Shown: positions 1-6,906, counted from the stretch's first letter. The stretch: 11,563 nt of DNA from a virus (IMGVR_UViG_2627853868_000010), one strand, 5' to 3'. Notes: generated from the letters alone by a model not told the origin. Program-made: numbers and translations.

Positions 1-303
1 TTAACGCGTATTTTTCAGCGACTCCTGTGCAAAATACGCTGTTGCTTTTTTTAATATATCTCGCTCAAGGCGAGCTTCATTTAACGCCTTACGCAGTTGC
101 AGAATTTCAGATTCCAGTTCAGCCACCGTGCGGGAACCAGGAGTACCGAGCCCTTTTCTGGCGGCGGTAACCCATTGTCCTAAAGTGCCTTCAGGAAGGG
201 ATAATCGGGAAGCGCCTTCACTGATCGAAAGTTGATTTTCAAGAACCGTTCTGACAGCTTCGGCTTTGAACTCTTTAGAGTAACGTTGGTTTTTTCTGCT
301 CAT
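1..303 (-). CDS. IS3-family transposase OrfA (helix-turn-helix plus leucine-zipper region)
   Basis: 100-aa ORF MSRKNQRYSKEFKAEAV...ILKKATAYFA, identical to the OrfA at 3758-4060; the C-terminal ILKKATAYFA motif is typical of IS3-family OrfA. Confidence 0.85.
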   Translation of the reverse strand: MSRKNQRYSKEFKAEAVRTVLENQLSISEGASRLSLPEGTLGQWVTAARKGLGTPGSRTVAELESEILQLRKALNEARLERDILKKATAYFAQESLKNTR

Positions 304-367
304 TATTAGCTCCTTCTGATGCCATTCTATTTCAGGAAGGAGTGTCCGTTAAACTCAGGCTACCTCA
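1..367 (-). mobile_element. IS3-family insertion sequence (IS600-like), partial copy; the rest of the element lies left of the window
   Basis: Positions 1-367 mirror 3694-4060 in reverse complement: same terminus TGAGGTAGCCTGAGTTTAACGGACACTCC (element end at 367) and an identical 100-aa OrfA. The window starts exactly at the OrfA stop codon. Confidence 0.85.
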
Positions 368-642
368 CTCCCTGGCGGATTTTTGCAGCGAATACAGCAA
401 CACAACCGGACGGGCAACGGCTACGCGCTTCGCGTTCCGTCCAGGCGGTTACGTGGATGATTTGAGATTCTCCGGCACTCAGTGCCAGAAAACGCCACAC
501 AAAGGCCGTTTGTGTGTGTACAAGGTGTGGTATATGATTTACAGCAACCATAACGGCTCCTAGTTTACGTTGTTGGTTAGACGCCCCGTATGTGTTCCCA
601 GCACTGCGGGGCGTTGCTCTTTGTATTTCAACAATCCTTTCG

Positions 643-722
643 GTGTGTTTCATGTTATGAGCGCATGAAACACACGTCAAGGCTTTTTGTATTTCTTTTT
701 TTGTGTATACTGAAACACACCG
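643..722 (+). promoter_or_regulatory. Candidate promoter/operator of the RHH gene: 12-bp perfect inverted repeat plus a third half-site over a -10-like hexamer
   Basis: GTGTGTTTCATG (643-654) and CATGAAACACAC (664-675) form a perfect inverted repeat with a 9-bp spacer. TGAAACACAC recurs at 711-720, overlapping TATACT (706-711). AGGAG at 729-733 precedes the ATG at 742. The -35 is weak. Confidence 0.3.
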
Positions 723-741
723 ATGATTAGGAGTTTCAGAA

Positions 742-1047
742 ATGGCAACGGCTAACAAAAACGCAAAATCACAACTGACAACTGTCAGAGTCCCACTAGA
801 TGTTATGCAAGGGATGGAATCCGTTAAGCTGGACGGTGAAAGCAATGCCGGATTTATCGTAACCGCCATGCGCGGAGAAATGGCCCGCCGCCAAGCAGAA
901 GGCAGCGGAGAAAATCCCCTTGTGTCGTCACTGGATGCCCTGGCTAAGGTCGAACAAATCGGCATCAAAGCAGCCGAGGAGATCGGGCAACTCGTCACCG
1001 TCGCGCGTGAAGAACTCCAGCGACGCAAGGTCAAAGAGCATGAATAG
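742..1047 (+). CDS. Ribbon-helix-helix (Arc/MetJ/CopG-like) DNA-binding protein with a C-terminal extension; hypothetical
   Basis: 101-aa ORF with an AGGAG RBS 8 nt upstream. The N-terminal segment TTVRVPLDVMQGMESVKLDGESNAGFIVTAM fits the RHH beta-strand/helix/G-x-S-x-N turn/helix pattern (compare Arc EENGRSVNSEIYQRV). Assigned from motif pattern only. Confidence 0.55.
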   Translation: MATANKNAKSQLTTVRVPLDVMQGMESVKLDGESNAGFIVTAMRGEMARRQAEGSGENPLVSSLDALAKVEQIGIKAAEEIGQLVTVAREELQRRKVKEHE

Positions 1048-1104
1048 CCAATATCAGCGCCATAGTTTGAGGAACGCAGGCGCATTGCTTTACAGGACAG
1101 CACC

Positions 1105-1284
1105 ATGAGCGACACAGAATCAACCAAAACACCATCACCAACTCGTAAGAGACGACGCAAAAATATAGCGCATGAACATGAATCAGAAAGATTCGCACCT
1201 TGTTCGTTTGCTCTTGAGAAATTCCTTAAAGAGCACAGGAAAAAGCTCTCGTTGCAAACCTTGGAACGAACCAAATCTGACTGA
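1105..1284 (+). CDS. Small basic hypothetical protein (59 aa), probably co-transcribed with the RHH gene
   Basis: ATG at 1105 with AGGA about 6 nt upstream; translation MSDTESTKTPSPTRKRRRKNIAHEHESERFAPCSFALEKFLKEHRKKLSLQTLERTKSD; stop at 1282-1284. Too short for the supplied ORF track; a + strand terminator lies downstream. Confidence 0.3.
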   Translation: MSDTESTKTPSPTRKRRRKNIAHEHESERFAPCSFALEKFLKEHRKKLSLQTLERTKSD

Positions 1285-1350
1285 TCACATTGCCCACCAG
1301 CCGCAAATGTGGCATTGTTGGTGATGCTTTTGTTTTCCCTTGTTCCCACT

Positions 1351-1380
1351 GGCGACCCTTTTGCGGTCGCCTTTGTTTTG
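1351..1380 (+). terminator. Rho-independent terminator for the + strand two-gene operon
   Basis: GGCGACC-CTTTTGC-GGTCGCC hairpin followed by TTTGTTTTG. Confidence 0.5.
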
Positions 1381-1959
1381 TCACTGAATGCGGTTACCAA
1401 AGTAAAACTCAGGCTGATATTCACGTATCAGCGTTTTTTCTTCTTCCTCCTGCTCACGCTTTTTGCGCTTACATGCCTGTAGCTCCCTCCCCTTCTCGCT
1501 GGCACTTATTTGATATTGCTCTTTACGGCGGGAAAAATCCTGTAATGCACCCCACGGGATACCATAAGTCCCCGTTTTTCTGATACCTGGTATCACATTT
1601 CTGAATACCCAGTTACTGAAACGATGAGCAAATGTGCCAGGCGTCGTTGCTTTGCGGCTGCGGGCTATTAGTTTGTAGAAACCTGACTCAGAGATAATTC
1701 TCATATTCTGATTTCCTCCTGGGGTGTAAGTTAAATTTACTCCCTTTTCATCATCATCAAGCATCTGCAACGCCGTACGCGAATTGGTTAGTTCCAGCGC
1801 AGCACAAACATCTTTTGCAACAAACCACGGATCGCCGTTCAGATACACCACACGAACGTTCACACTATCAAAGCGCAGAACGACGAGATCACGAATATCG
1901 CAGAATTTTTTCACTGGACGAGCGTACCCCTTGCCCGTCACGGCAATATTTTTATTCAT
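1381..1959 (-). CDS. Bro-N domain protein (phage antirepressor-like)
   Basis: 192-aa ORF; the N-terminal region VVYLNGDPWFVAKDVCAALELTNSRTALQMLDDDEKGV...MRIISESGFYKLIARSRKA...FRNVIPGIRKTGTY matches the Bro-N signature (EPWFVAKDV, DEDEKG, ISESGLY, IRKTG); C-terminal part is charged. Confidence 0.75.
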   Translation of the reverse strand: MNKNIAVTGKGYARPVKKFCDIRDLVVLRFDSVNVRVVYLNGDPWFVAKDVCAALELTNSRTALQMLDDDEKGVNLTYTPGGNQNMRIISESGFYKLIARSRKATTPGTFAHRFSNWVFRNVIPGIRKTGTYGIPWGALQDFSRRKEQYQISASEKGRELQACKRKKREQEEEEKTLIREYQPEFYFGNRIQ

Positions 1960-1974
1960 CGCGTTTTTACCTTA

Positions 1975-2002
1975 TAGACAAAAAACCCCTCGTGATGAGG
2001 GG
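1975..2002 (-). terminator. Candidate intrinsic terminator between alpA and the Bro-N gene (minus strand)
   Basis: On the minus strand, hairpin CCCCTC-ATCAC-GAGGGG (plus 1986-2002) followed by TTTTTGTCTAT, lying between the alpA stop (2016) and the Bro-N start (1959). Confidence 0.45.
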
Positions 2003-2015
2003 CATTATTTACTGG

Positions 2016-2273
2016 TTATTGCTGTTTTGTTTTTCCAGGTTTCCATCCAGGATGCCACTCACCACGGATCCATGCCTGAACCTCTGAAAGTCGATACCCT
2101 GCAGCACGTTCACCGATCTTGATACGTCGCGGGAATTTACCTGCCTGCTCCATTTTCCAGCGTGTTGAGTTTGCCAGCGTGGTAAGTGCTATGCACTCTT
2201 TTTCACGAATGAACCGATCAATGTCCTTCATTGTGCGCAAATCGTTTTCATCAACAAGAGAATAAATTGCCAT
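2016..2273 (-). CDS. alpA: AlpA-family prophage transcriptional regulator (HTH, excisionase-like)
   Basis: 85-aa ORF; ALTTLANSTRWKMEQAGKFPRRIKIGERAAGYRLSEVQAWI matches the AlpA/Phage_AlpA pattern. Its ATG at 2273 is 1 nt from the integrase stop (TGA at 2275-2277). Confidence 0.8.
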   Translation of the reverse strand: MAIYSLVDENDLRTMKDIDRFIREKECIALTTLANSTRWKMEQAGKFPRRIKIGERAAGYRLSEVQAWIRGEWHPGWKPGKTKQQ

Positions 2274-2427
2274 ATCACACCACCTCTTTATTAAGCTCGA
2301 TAACGTTGTTGTTAAATCCTGCTATCGTATTAAGGTAATTAACCCACATATTAAGCACCTCAAGTTTTTTCTTTATATGCCTGCTTTTATTGTAAACACC
2401 AGCAACCCCTTTCACTTTATGACCTAA

Positions 2428-2436
2428 AAGAAGTTC
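2428..2436. repeat. 9-bp target-site duplication AAGAAGTTC of IS1 (left copy)
   Basis: Identical 9-mer at 2428-2436 and 3205-3213, directly flanking IS1. Confidence 0.9.
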
Positions 2437-2451
2437 GGTAATGACTCCAAC

Positions 2452-2955
2452 TTATTGATAGTGTTTTATGTTCAGATAATGCCCGATGACTTTGTCATGC
2501 AGCTCCACCGATTTTGAGAACGACAGCGACTTCCGTCCCAGCCGTGCCAGGTGCTGCCTCAGATTCAGGTTATGCCGCTCAATTCGCTGCGTATATCGCT
2601 TGCTGATTACGTGCAGCTTTCCCTTCAGGCGGGATTCATACAGTGGCCAGCCATCCGTCATCCATATCACCACGTCAAAGGGTGACAGCAAGCTCATAAG
2701 ACGCCCCAGCGTCGCCATAGTGCGTTCACCGAATACGTGCGCAACAACCGTCTTCCGGAGCCTGTCATACGCGTAAAACAGCCAGCGCTGGCGCGATTTA
2801 GCCCCGACGTATCCCCACTGTTCGTCCATTTCCGCGCAGACGATGACGTCACTGCCCGGCTGTATGCGCGAGGTTACCGACTGCGGCCTGAGTTTTTTAA
2901 GTGACGTAAAATCGTGTTGAGGCTAACGCCCATAATGCGTGCAGTTGCCCGGCAT
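2452..2955 (-). CDS. insB: IS1 InsB frame (made as the InsAB' fusion by -1 frameshift)
   Basis: The track ORF 2452-2829 encodes the canonical InsB C-terminal 125 aa ([16 protein letters not shown]...NIKHYQ). The frame extends upstream to about 2955. An in-frame TAG replaces the Trp codon of HYGRW, but this lies upstream of the frameshift site and need not inactivate InsAB'. Confidence 0.7.
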
Positions 2956-3149
2956 CCAACGCCATTCATGGCCATATCAATAATTTTCTGGTGCGTACCG
3001 GGTTGAGAAGCGGTGTAAGTGAACTGCAGTTGCCATGTTTTACGGCAGTGAGAGCAGAGATAGCGCTGATGTCCGGCAGTGCTTTTGCCGTTACGCACCA
3101 CCCCGTCAGTAGCTGAACAGGAGGGACAGCTGATAGAAACAGAAGCCAC
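2874..3149 (-). CDS. insA: IS1 InsA (transposition repressor / N-terminal part of InsAB' transposase)
   Basis: 91-aa [43 protein letters not shown]... (zinc-finger CPSC/CSHC); ends in the A6C frameshift window. Differs from the other copy at several residues (e.g. GVSLNT vs GVGLNT). Confidence 0.9.
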   Translation of the reverse strand: MASVSISCPSCSATDGVVRNGKSTAGHQRYLCSHCRKTWQLQFTYTASQPGTHQKIIDMAMNGVGCRATARIMGVSLNTILRHLKNSGRSR

Positions 3150-3204
3150 TGGAGCACCTCAAAAACACCATCATACACTAAATCAGTAAGTTGGCAGCAT
3201 CACC

Positions 3205-3213
3205 AAGAAGTTC
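3205..3213. repeat. 9-bp target-site duplication AAGAAGTTC of IS1 (right copy)
   Basis: Same 9-mer as 2428-2436. Confidence 0.9.
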
Positions 3214-3757
3214 GACAATATAAGGATCCGCCCCCATATCATTAAGCGTAGTGGAAAATGTGCGCCTGAAATCATGTATGCACCACAAGCCATTAGTATC
3301 ATGACCAAGACGCCTGCATATTCTGTTTGCAGCCCCTGTTATTGTCGCCCTTTGCAAAGCACAACCGACAACATAACCGCGATTTTTTGTTTCTGCGTAA
3401 AGATTAACGATCCATTGTTTTATTCCGTCAGGAACAGGCCTTACTATAGCCTCCTTGTTTTTGCTGTGCTCTTTTGGGACTGTCCATACCCAGTTTTTTA
3501 AATCCCATTCGTCCCAGGTGGATAGCCTCGCCTCCTGCTGTCGGCAACCAAACACCAGGCAGATAACCATTATTCTTCGGTTATATATTGATGACAGAGT
3601 TAGCAAATTATTACCGTAAGCATAAGACCATACATCAGCGGTTTCATTGATATTAAGAACGCGATCCCTTATACCGGATGAGCGCCCGACATATGAGGTA
3701 GCCTGAGTTTAACGGACACTCCTTCCTGAAATAGAATGGCATCAGAAGGAGCTAATA

Positions 3758-4060
3758 ATGAGCAGAAAAAACCAACGTTACTCTAAAGAGTTCAAAGCCG
3801 AAGCTGTCAGAACGGTTCTTGAAAATCAACTTTCGATCAGTGAAGGCGCTTCCCGATTATCCCTTCCTGAAGGCACTTTAGGACAATGGGTTACCGCCGC
3901 CAGAAAAGGGCTCGGTACTCCTGGTTCCCGCACGGTGGCTGAACTGGAATCTGAAATTCTGCAACTGCGTAAGGCGTTAAATGAAGCTCGCCTTGAGCGA
4001 GATATATTAAAAAAAGCAACAGCGTATTTTGCACAGGAGTCGCTGAAAAATACGCGTTAA
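3758..4060 (+). CDS. IS3-family transposase OrfA
   Basis: 100-aa ORF identical to the one at 1-303; AGGAG RBS upstream of the ATG. Confidence 0.9.
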   Translation: MSRKNQRYSKEFKAEAVRTVLENQLSISEGASRLSLPEGTLGQWVTAARKGLGTPGSRTVAELESEILQLRKALNEARLERDILKKATAYFAQESLKNTR

Positions 4061-4095
4061 TCGAACAATGGCGACAACAATTTCCCATTGAAGCG

Positions 4096-4914
4096 ATGTG
4101 TCAGGTATTTGGTGTATCCAGGAGCGGTTATTACAACTGGGTACAGCATGAACCCTCAGACAGAAAACAAAGTGATGAGCGGCTAAAACTGGAGATTAAG
4201 GTGGCACATATCCGCACTCGCGAAACATATGGAACCCGGCGGCTCCAGACGGAGCTGGCAGAGAATGGCATCATCGTTGGTCGTGACCGACTGGCACGTC
4301 TTCGTAAGGAGCTAAGGCTACGCTGTAAGCAGAAACGCAAGTTCAGAGCGACTACGAACCCGAACCACAATCTGCCAGTTGCGCCAAATCTGCTGAACCA
4401 GACGTTCGCTCCTACAGCACCAAATCAGGTCTGGGTGGCGGACCTGACGTATGTTGCCACACAGGAGGGATGGTTGTACCTCGCTGGCATCAAAGATGTT
4501 TATACGTGCGAAATTGTCGGCTACGCCATGGGAGAGCGCATGACAAAAGAGCTGACAGGTAAAGCCCTGTTTATGGCGCTCAGGAGCCAGCGCCCACCTG
4601 CCGGGCTAATCCACCACTCTGATCGAGGTTCACAGTACTGCGCATACGATTACCGGGTCATACAGGAGCAGTCTGGTCTGAAAACATCAATGTCGCGTAA
4701 AGGTCACTGTTACGACAACGCTCCGATGGAAAGCTTCTGGGGAACGCTGAAAAATGAGAGCCTGAGCCACTATCGTTTTAATAACCGGGATGAAGCCATC
4801 TCAGTAATACGGGAATACATTGAGATTTTCTACAATCGTCAGCGTCGTCACTCTCGTCTGGGGAATATCTCCCCGGCAGCCTTCAGGGAAAAATATCATC
4901 AGATGGCTGCTTAA
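4096..4914 (+). CDS. IS3-family transposase OrfB (DDE integrase-like catalytic domain; probably made as OrfAB by -1 frameshift)
   Basis: 272-aa ORF with DDE-type motifs (VWVADLTYV, HHSDRGSQY, CYDNAPMESFWGTLK); its frame begins just after the OrfA stop. Confidence 0.85.
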   Translation: MCQVFGVSRSGYYNWVQHEPSDRKQSDERLKLEIKVAHIRTRETYGTRRLQTELAENGIIVGRDRLARLRKELRLRCKQKRKFRATTNPNHNLPVAPNLLNQTFAPTAPNQVWVADLTYVATQEGWLYLAGIKDVYTCEIVGYAMGERMTKELTGKALFMALRSQRPPAGLIHHSDRGSQYCAYDYRVIQEQSGLKTSMSRKGHCYDNAPMESFWGTLKNESLSHYRFNNRDEAISVIREYIEIFYNRQRRHSRLGNISPAAFREKYHQMAA

Positions 4915-4938
4915 AAAAAGAACAAATGGTAGTGTCCG

Positions 4939-6327
4939 CTATTGCCAGTACACCTCACAGTACATTGACCAGGATTTCGAGCTGTTATTTTTCTCAATTC
5001 GCAGAGCTTTATTGCCGCTGTCATCAACCAGTGTGCGTCTGCCATACATACCGTCCCAGCCATAAGGTTTCAGCTGATTGTCTGTAGCTTTTTTGGCATC
5101 GTAAAAAATTACAGACTCTGAGGTGGTAACCGGCCTGTCTGGAACAACCACCCCGGCAGTACCATTAACAAACGCAGAAGACTTACCCGCGCAGCTCAGA
5201 ATCGCCGTTGCCAGACGGTCGGAAATAATCCCACGGCGAGCCCATGAACTGAAATGGCTCGCCCTGTCCTGTGACGTCCAGGTGGCTGAGCTGTCACGCC
5301 ATTTCGAACCGTAATAACCGATACCCGGAATGTCCGGGTCTTCTTCCGGTTTGTTCGTCGGCACATTCACCCCGTTCTCATCGGTCATGAACGGTACGAA
5401 ATGGATATTCTTTTCCGTTTTATTTTTATAGCTGCCGTACACCGTCTGGTACGTGGATTCGTTCTTCTGCTTCCAGAAATACGTCGTGTCCCCGCATATC
5501 CAGGGAACACCGCCAGCAGAGCCACCGACGCACTGGCCTGCCATATCCGCCAGGTCTGCACGGAATTTATCAACCAGCGCACCAAACTGTGCGGCATGAT
5601 TTGCCGGCGTACCGCCAAAATCAAATTCCCCCTGCATCCACACCACGGCAAACAGCACATTTTTCGGGTTCTTCTCCAGTGCCGCTTTTGTTCGACCGAT
5701 AAGGTCCTTATACAGCGGCTTGTCCACACCCCAGCGGGTTGAATTCTCCGAGGCACCACTCGCGTCACTGTATGTGCCATCAGCTCCGGTGGTGAACGCT
5801 GAACCACCACGACAGCATGGAACCAGCAGAATGCCCGCATTCGCCGGTATAAACGGCAGCAGTTTTTTGGCGATATGCAGCCCCTGCCCCACGGTTCCGT
5901 ACTGCCCCTTTGACAGGTCCGCTTTCGGATGGTTAAGACGGCTCATGTCCTGCACATCATGCAGACAATGGTCCGCCGGAATGATGTCGTTATATTTGCA
6001 TGCTGCACCGCCCGGTGTCACCGTACTGCGACGCGCCAGTTGCTTAATACGCGGGTCCGGACGGTCATATGTCCCCGGCAGCGGAAGGCCTTCACCATAC
6101 GACATGCCGTTTGACTGCCCTGCCAGAACCACAACAAAGTAATACTCCGGGTCGCTGGTGGCGCTGATTACTGCACCTTCTGCTGCAATCGCCTGCATCA
6201 GAGTATAAGGGGTTATGGCCACCGGACTACCAAACGGCTGCCAGCCCTCTTTCAGTTTATGTGTCAGCTTTTCCGCAAGATCTGACGGCGACGCCGCCCT
6301 GACAACATCATAGTGTTTAAAAGCCAT
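4939..6327 (-). CDS. nanS: Prophage sialate O-acetylesterase (NanS-p-like; DUF1737 N-domain plus SGNH/DUF303 esterase domain), 3'-truncated by IS600
   Basis: 462-aa ORF with GGAGG RBS. Motifs VLAGQSNGMSYGEGLPLP, RIKQLARRSTVTPGG, YGTVGQ, LLPFIP, VPCCRGGSAFT, SHFSSWARRGIISDR match NanS/YjhS-type esterases as I recall them. The last 6 codons (CEVYWQ) and the stop are read from the IS600 end (4939-4957). Confidence 0.8.
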   Translation of the reverse strand: MAFKHYDVVRAASPSDLAEKLTHKLKEGWQPFGSPVAITPYTLMQAIAAEGAVISATSDPEYYFVVVLAGQSNGMSYGEGLPLPGTYDRPDPRIKQLARRSTVTPGGAACKYNDIIPADHCLHDVQDMSRLNHPKADLSKGQYGTVGQGLHIAKKLLPFIPANAGILLVPCCRGGSAFTTGADGTYSDASGASENSTRWGVDKPLYKDLIGRTKAALEKNPKNVLFAVVWMQGEFDFGGTPANHAAQFGALVDKFRADLADMAGQCVGGSAGGVPWICGDTTYFWKQKNESTYQTVYGSYKNKTEKNIHFVPFMTDENGVNVPTNKPEEDPDIPGIGYYGSKWRDSSATWTSQDRASHFSSWARRGIISDRLATAILSCAGKSSAFVNGTAGVVVPDRPVTTSESVIFYDAKKATDNQLKPYGWDGMYGRRTLVDDSGNKALRIEKNNSSKSWSMYCEVYWQ

Positions 6328-6521
6328 GAATCCTCCCGGCCGGGATAATATTGTGAGTAAAATGAGGAGCGGGCTGAAGTCCGGAAGTTACAGGACAATG
6401 GCAGAAGAGAGACGACAGCCCGCAATTCGAAAAAGACCGCGCAGTTGCGCAGAGTGATTACTATGGGGTATTATTCGCCAGCTGAAATATTACTTCACGT
6501 TTTGTTGTTTATTCCTTGCCG

Positions 6522-6549
6522 CCCGCGTCTCCCAGCGCGGGCTTTTTTT
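6522..6549 (+). terminator. Intrinsic terminator-like hairpin plus T-tract on the + strand
   Basis: CCCGCG-TCTCCCAG-CGCGGG followed by CTTTTTTT. Confidence 0.4.
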
Positions 6550-6776
6550 GCCCACAAGAAAGCCCCTCCGGAGAGGGGCTGGAGAGTGGCGCTATGTGCC
6601 ATTGCATGGTGCCGGGTGCCTCCCGGTGAATTCAGTACCAGCACCTGAATCCGCGATTATCCCATATACCTACTCGCTGATTGCCCCTCCGCACAGGGGG
6701 ATTCACCATGCCAGTTTCTTTTAACAAACTCCCCGCAAACCAGACAACAGTCAACCGTCTGAATTGTGAGACATTT

Positions 6777-6801
6777 AAAAAAAAAGCCCGCAAAAGCGAG
6801 C
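6777..6801 (-). terminator. Strong Rho-independent terminator just downstream of the tRNA cluster (minus strand)
   Basis: On the minus strand, GCTCGC-TTTT-GCGGGC hairpin (one G-U pair) followed by nine T, starting 15 nt after the 3' end of tRNA-Arg(UCU). Confidence 0.55.
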
Positions 6802-6816
6802 CAGGGAAAATAAGTG

Positions 6817-6893
6817 TGGCGCGTTGTACTGGATTCGAACCAGTGACCGATTGCTTAGAAGGCAATTGCTCTGTCCGGCTGAGCTAACAACGC
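6817..6893 (-). tRNA. argO: tRNA-Arg (anticodon UCU), prophage-encoded
   Basis: Minus-strand 77-nt cloverleaf GCGTTGT-TA-GCTC-AGCCGGACA-GAGC-A-ATTGC-CTTCTAA-GCAAT-CGGTC-ACTGG-TTCGAAT-CCAGT-ACAACGC-G-CCA. Perfect 7-bp acceptor stem, encoded CCA. Gene symbol assigned by position in the cluster. Confidence 0.85.
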
Positions 6894-6906
6894 ATGATGC
6901 AGATAA

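Larger units (their letters stand above)
2437..3204 (-). mobile_element. IS1 (768 bp), complete copy
   Basis: Termini GGTAATGACTCCAACTTATTGATAG at 2437 and ...AAGTTGGCAGCATCACC ending at 3204; canonical InsA and InsB ORFs; flanked by a 9-bp direct repeat. Confidence 0.95.
2275..3693 (-). pseudogene. P4/CP4-57-type tyrosine integrase, C-terminal catalytic part only; interrupted by IS1 (2437-3204) and N-terminally truncated by IS600 at 3693
   Basis: The reading frame is open from the IS600 junction (3693) through ...HDFRRTFSTTLNDMGADPYIVELL, then IS1, then resumes in frame as LGHKVKGVAGVYNKS... to the TGA at 2275-2277. R / H-x-x-R / LLGH / Y boxes are present. About 200 N-terminal residues and the att site are missing. 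Confidence 0.8.
3694..4957 (+). mobile_element. IS3-family insertion sequence (IS600-like), complete copy of 1264 bp
   Basis: Starts TGAGGTAGCCTGAGTTTAACGG at 3694 and ends ...AGTGTCCGCTATTGCCAGTACACCTCA at 4957 (imperfect terminal inverted repeat, TG...CA ends). Contains OrfA and OrfB. Flanking triplets ATA and CAG differ, so no 3-bp duplication. The IS600 name rests on my recollection of its ends and 1264-bp length. Confidence 0.85.

Noticed and set aside
342-563. 73-aa + strand ORF starting inside the IS600 terminal repeat
   Set aside because: The start lies within the IS end, there is no RBS, and the sequence is not protein-like; the region looks like structured non-coding DNA.
360-1424. 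354-aa ORF on the minus strand spanning the RHH operon region
   Set aside because: It is antisense to two ORFs that have RBS, operator and terminator, and its translation is Ser/Cys/Thr/Ala-rich with no domain-like pattern, no RBS and an IS-end start. Judged a spurious long antisense frame.
1290-1583. 97-aa + strand ORF overlapping the terminator and the Bro-N 3' end
   Set aside because: It runs through two terminator hairpins and is antisense to the Bro-N coding region; no RBS.
5385-6142. Several 60-150-aa ORFs in alternative frames or antisense within the nanS-p gene (5385-5840, 5401-5742, 5720-6142, 5929-6114)
   Set aside because: All are nested in the well-supported esterase ORF and have Arg/Cys-rich compositions typical of out-of-frame translations.
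6328-6816. Looked for stxA/stxB between the tRNA cluster and nanS-p
   Set aside because: Only about 480 bp are present, with no ORF of suitable length or signal-peptide-like start; the stx slot is empty.
6632-6887. ORFs 6632-6865 (minus) and 6681-6887 (plus) overlapping the tRNA-Arg gene and its terminator
   Set aside because: They overlap a tRNA with a perfect cloverleaf and an intrinsic terminator; artefacts of an ORF finder on structured RNA sequence.
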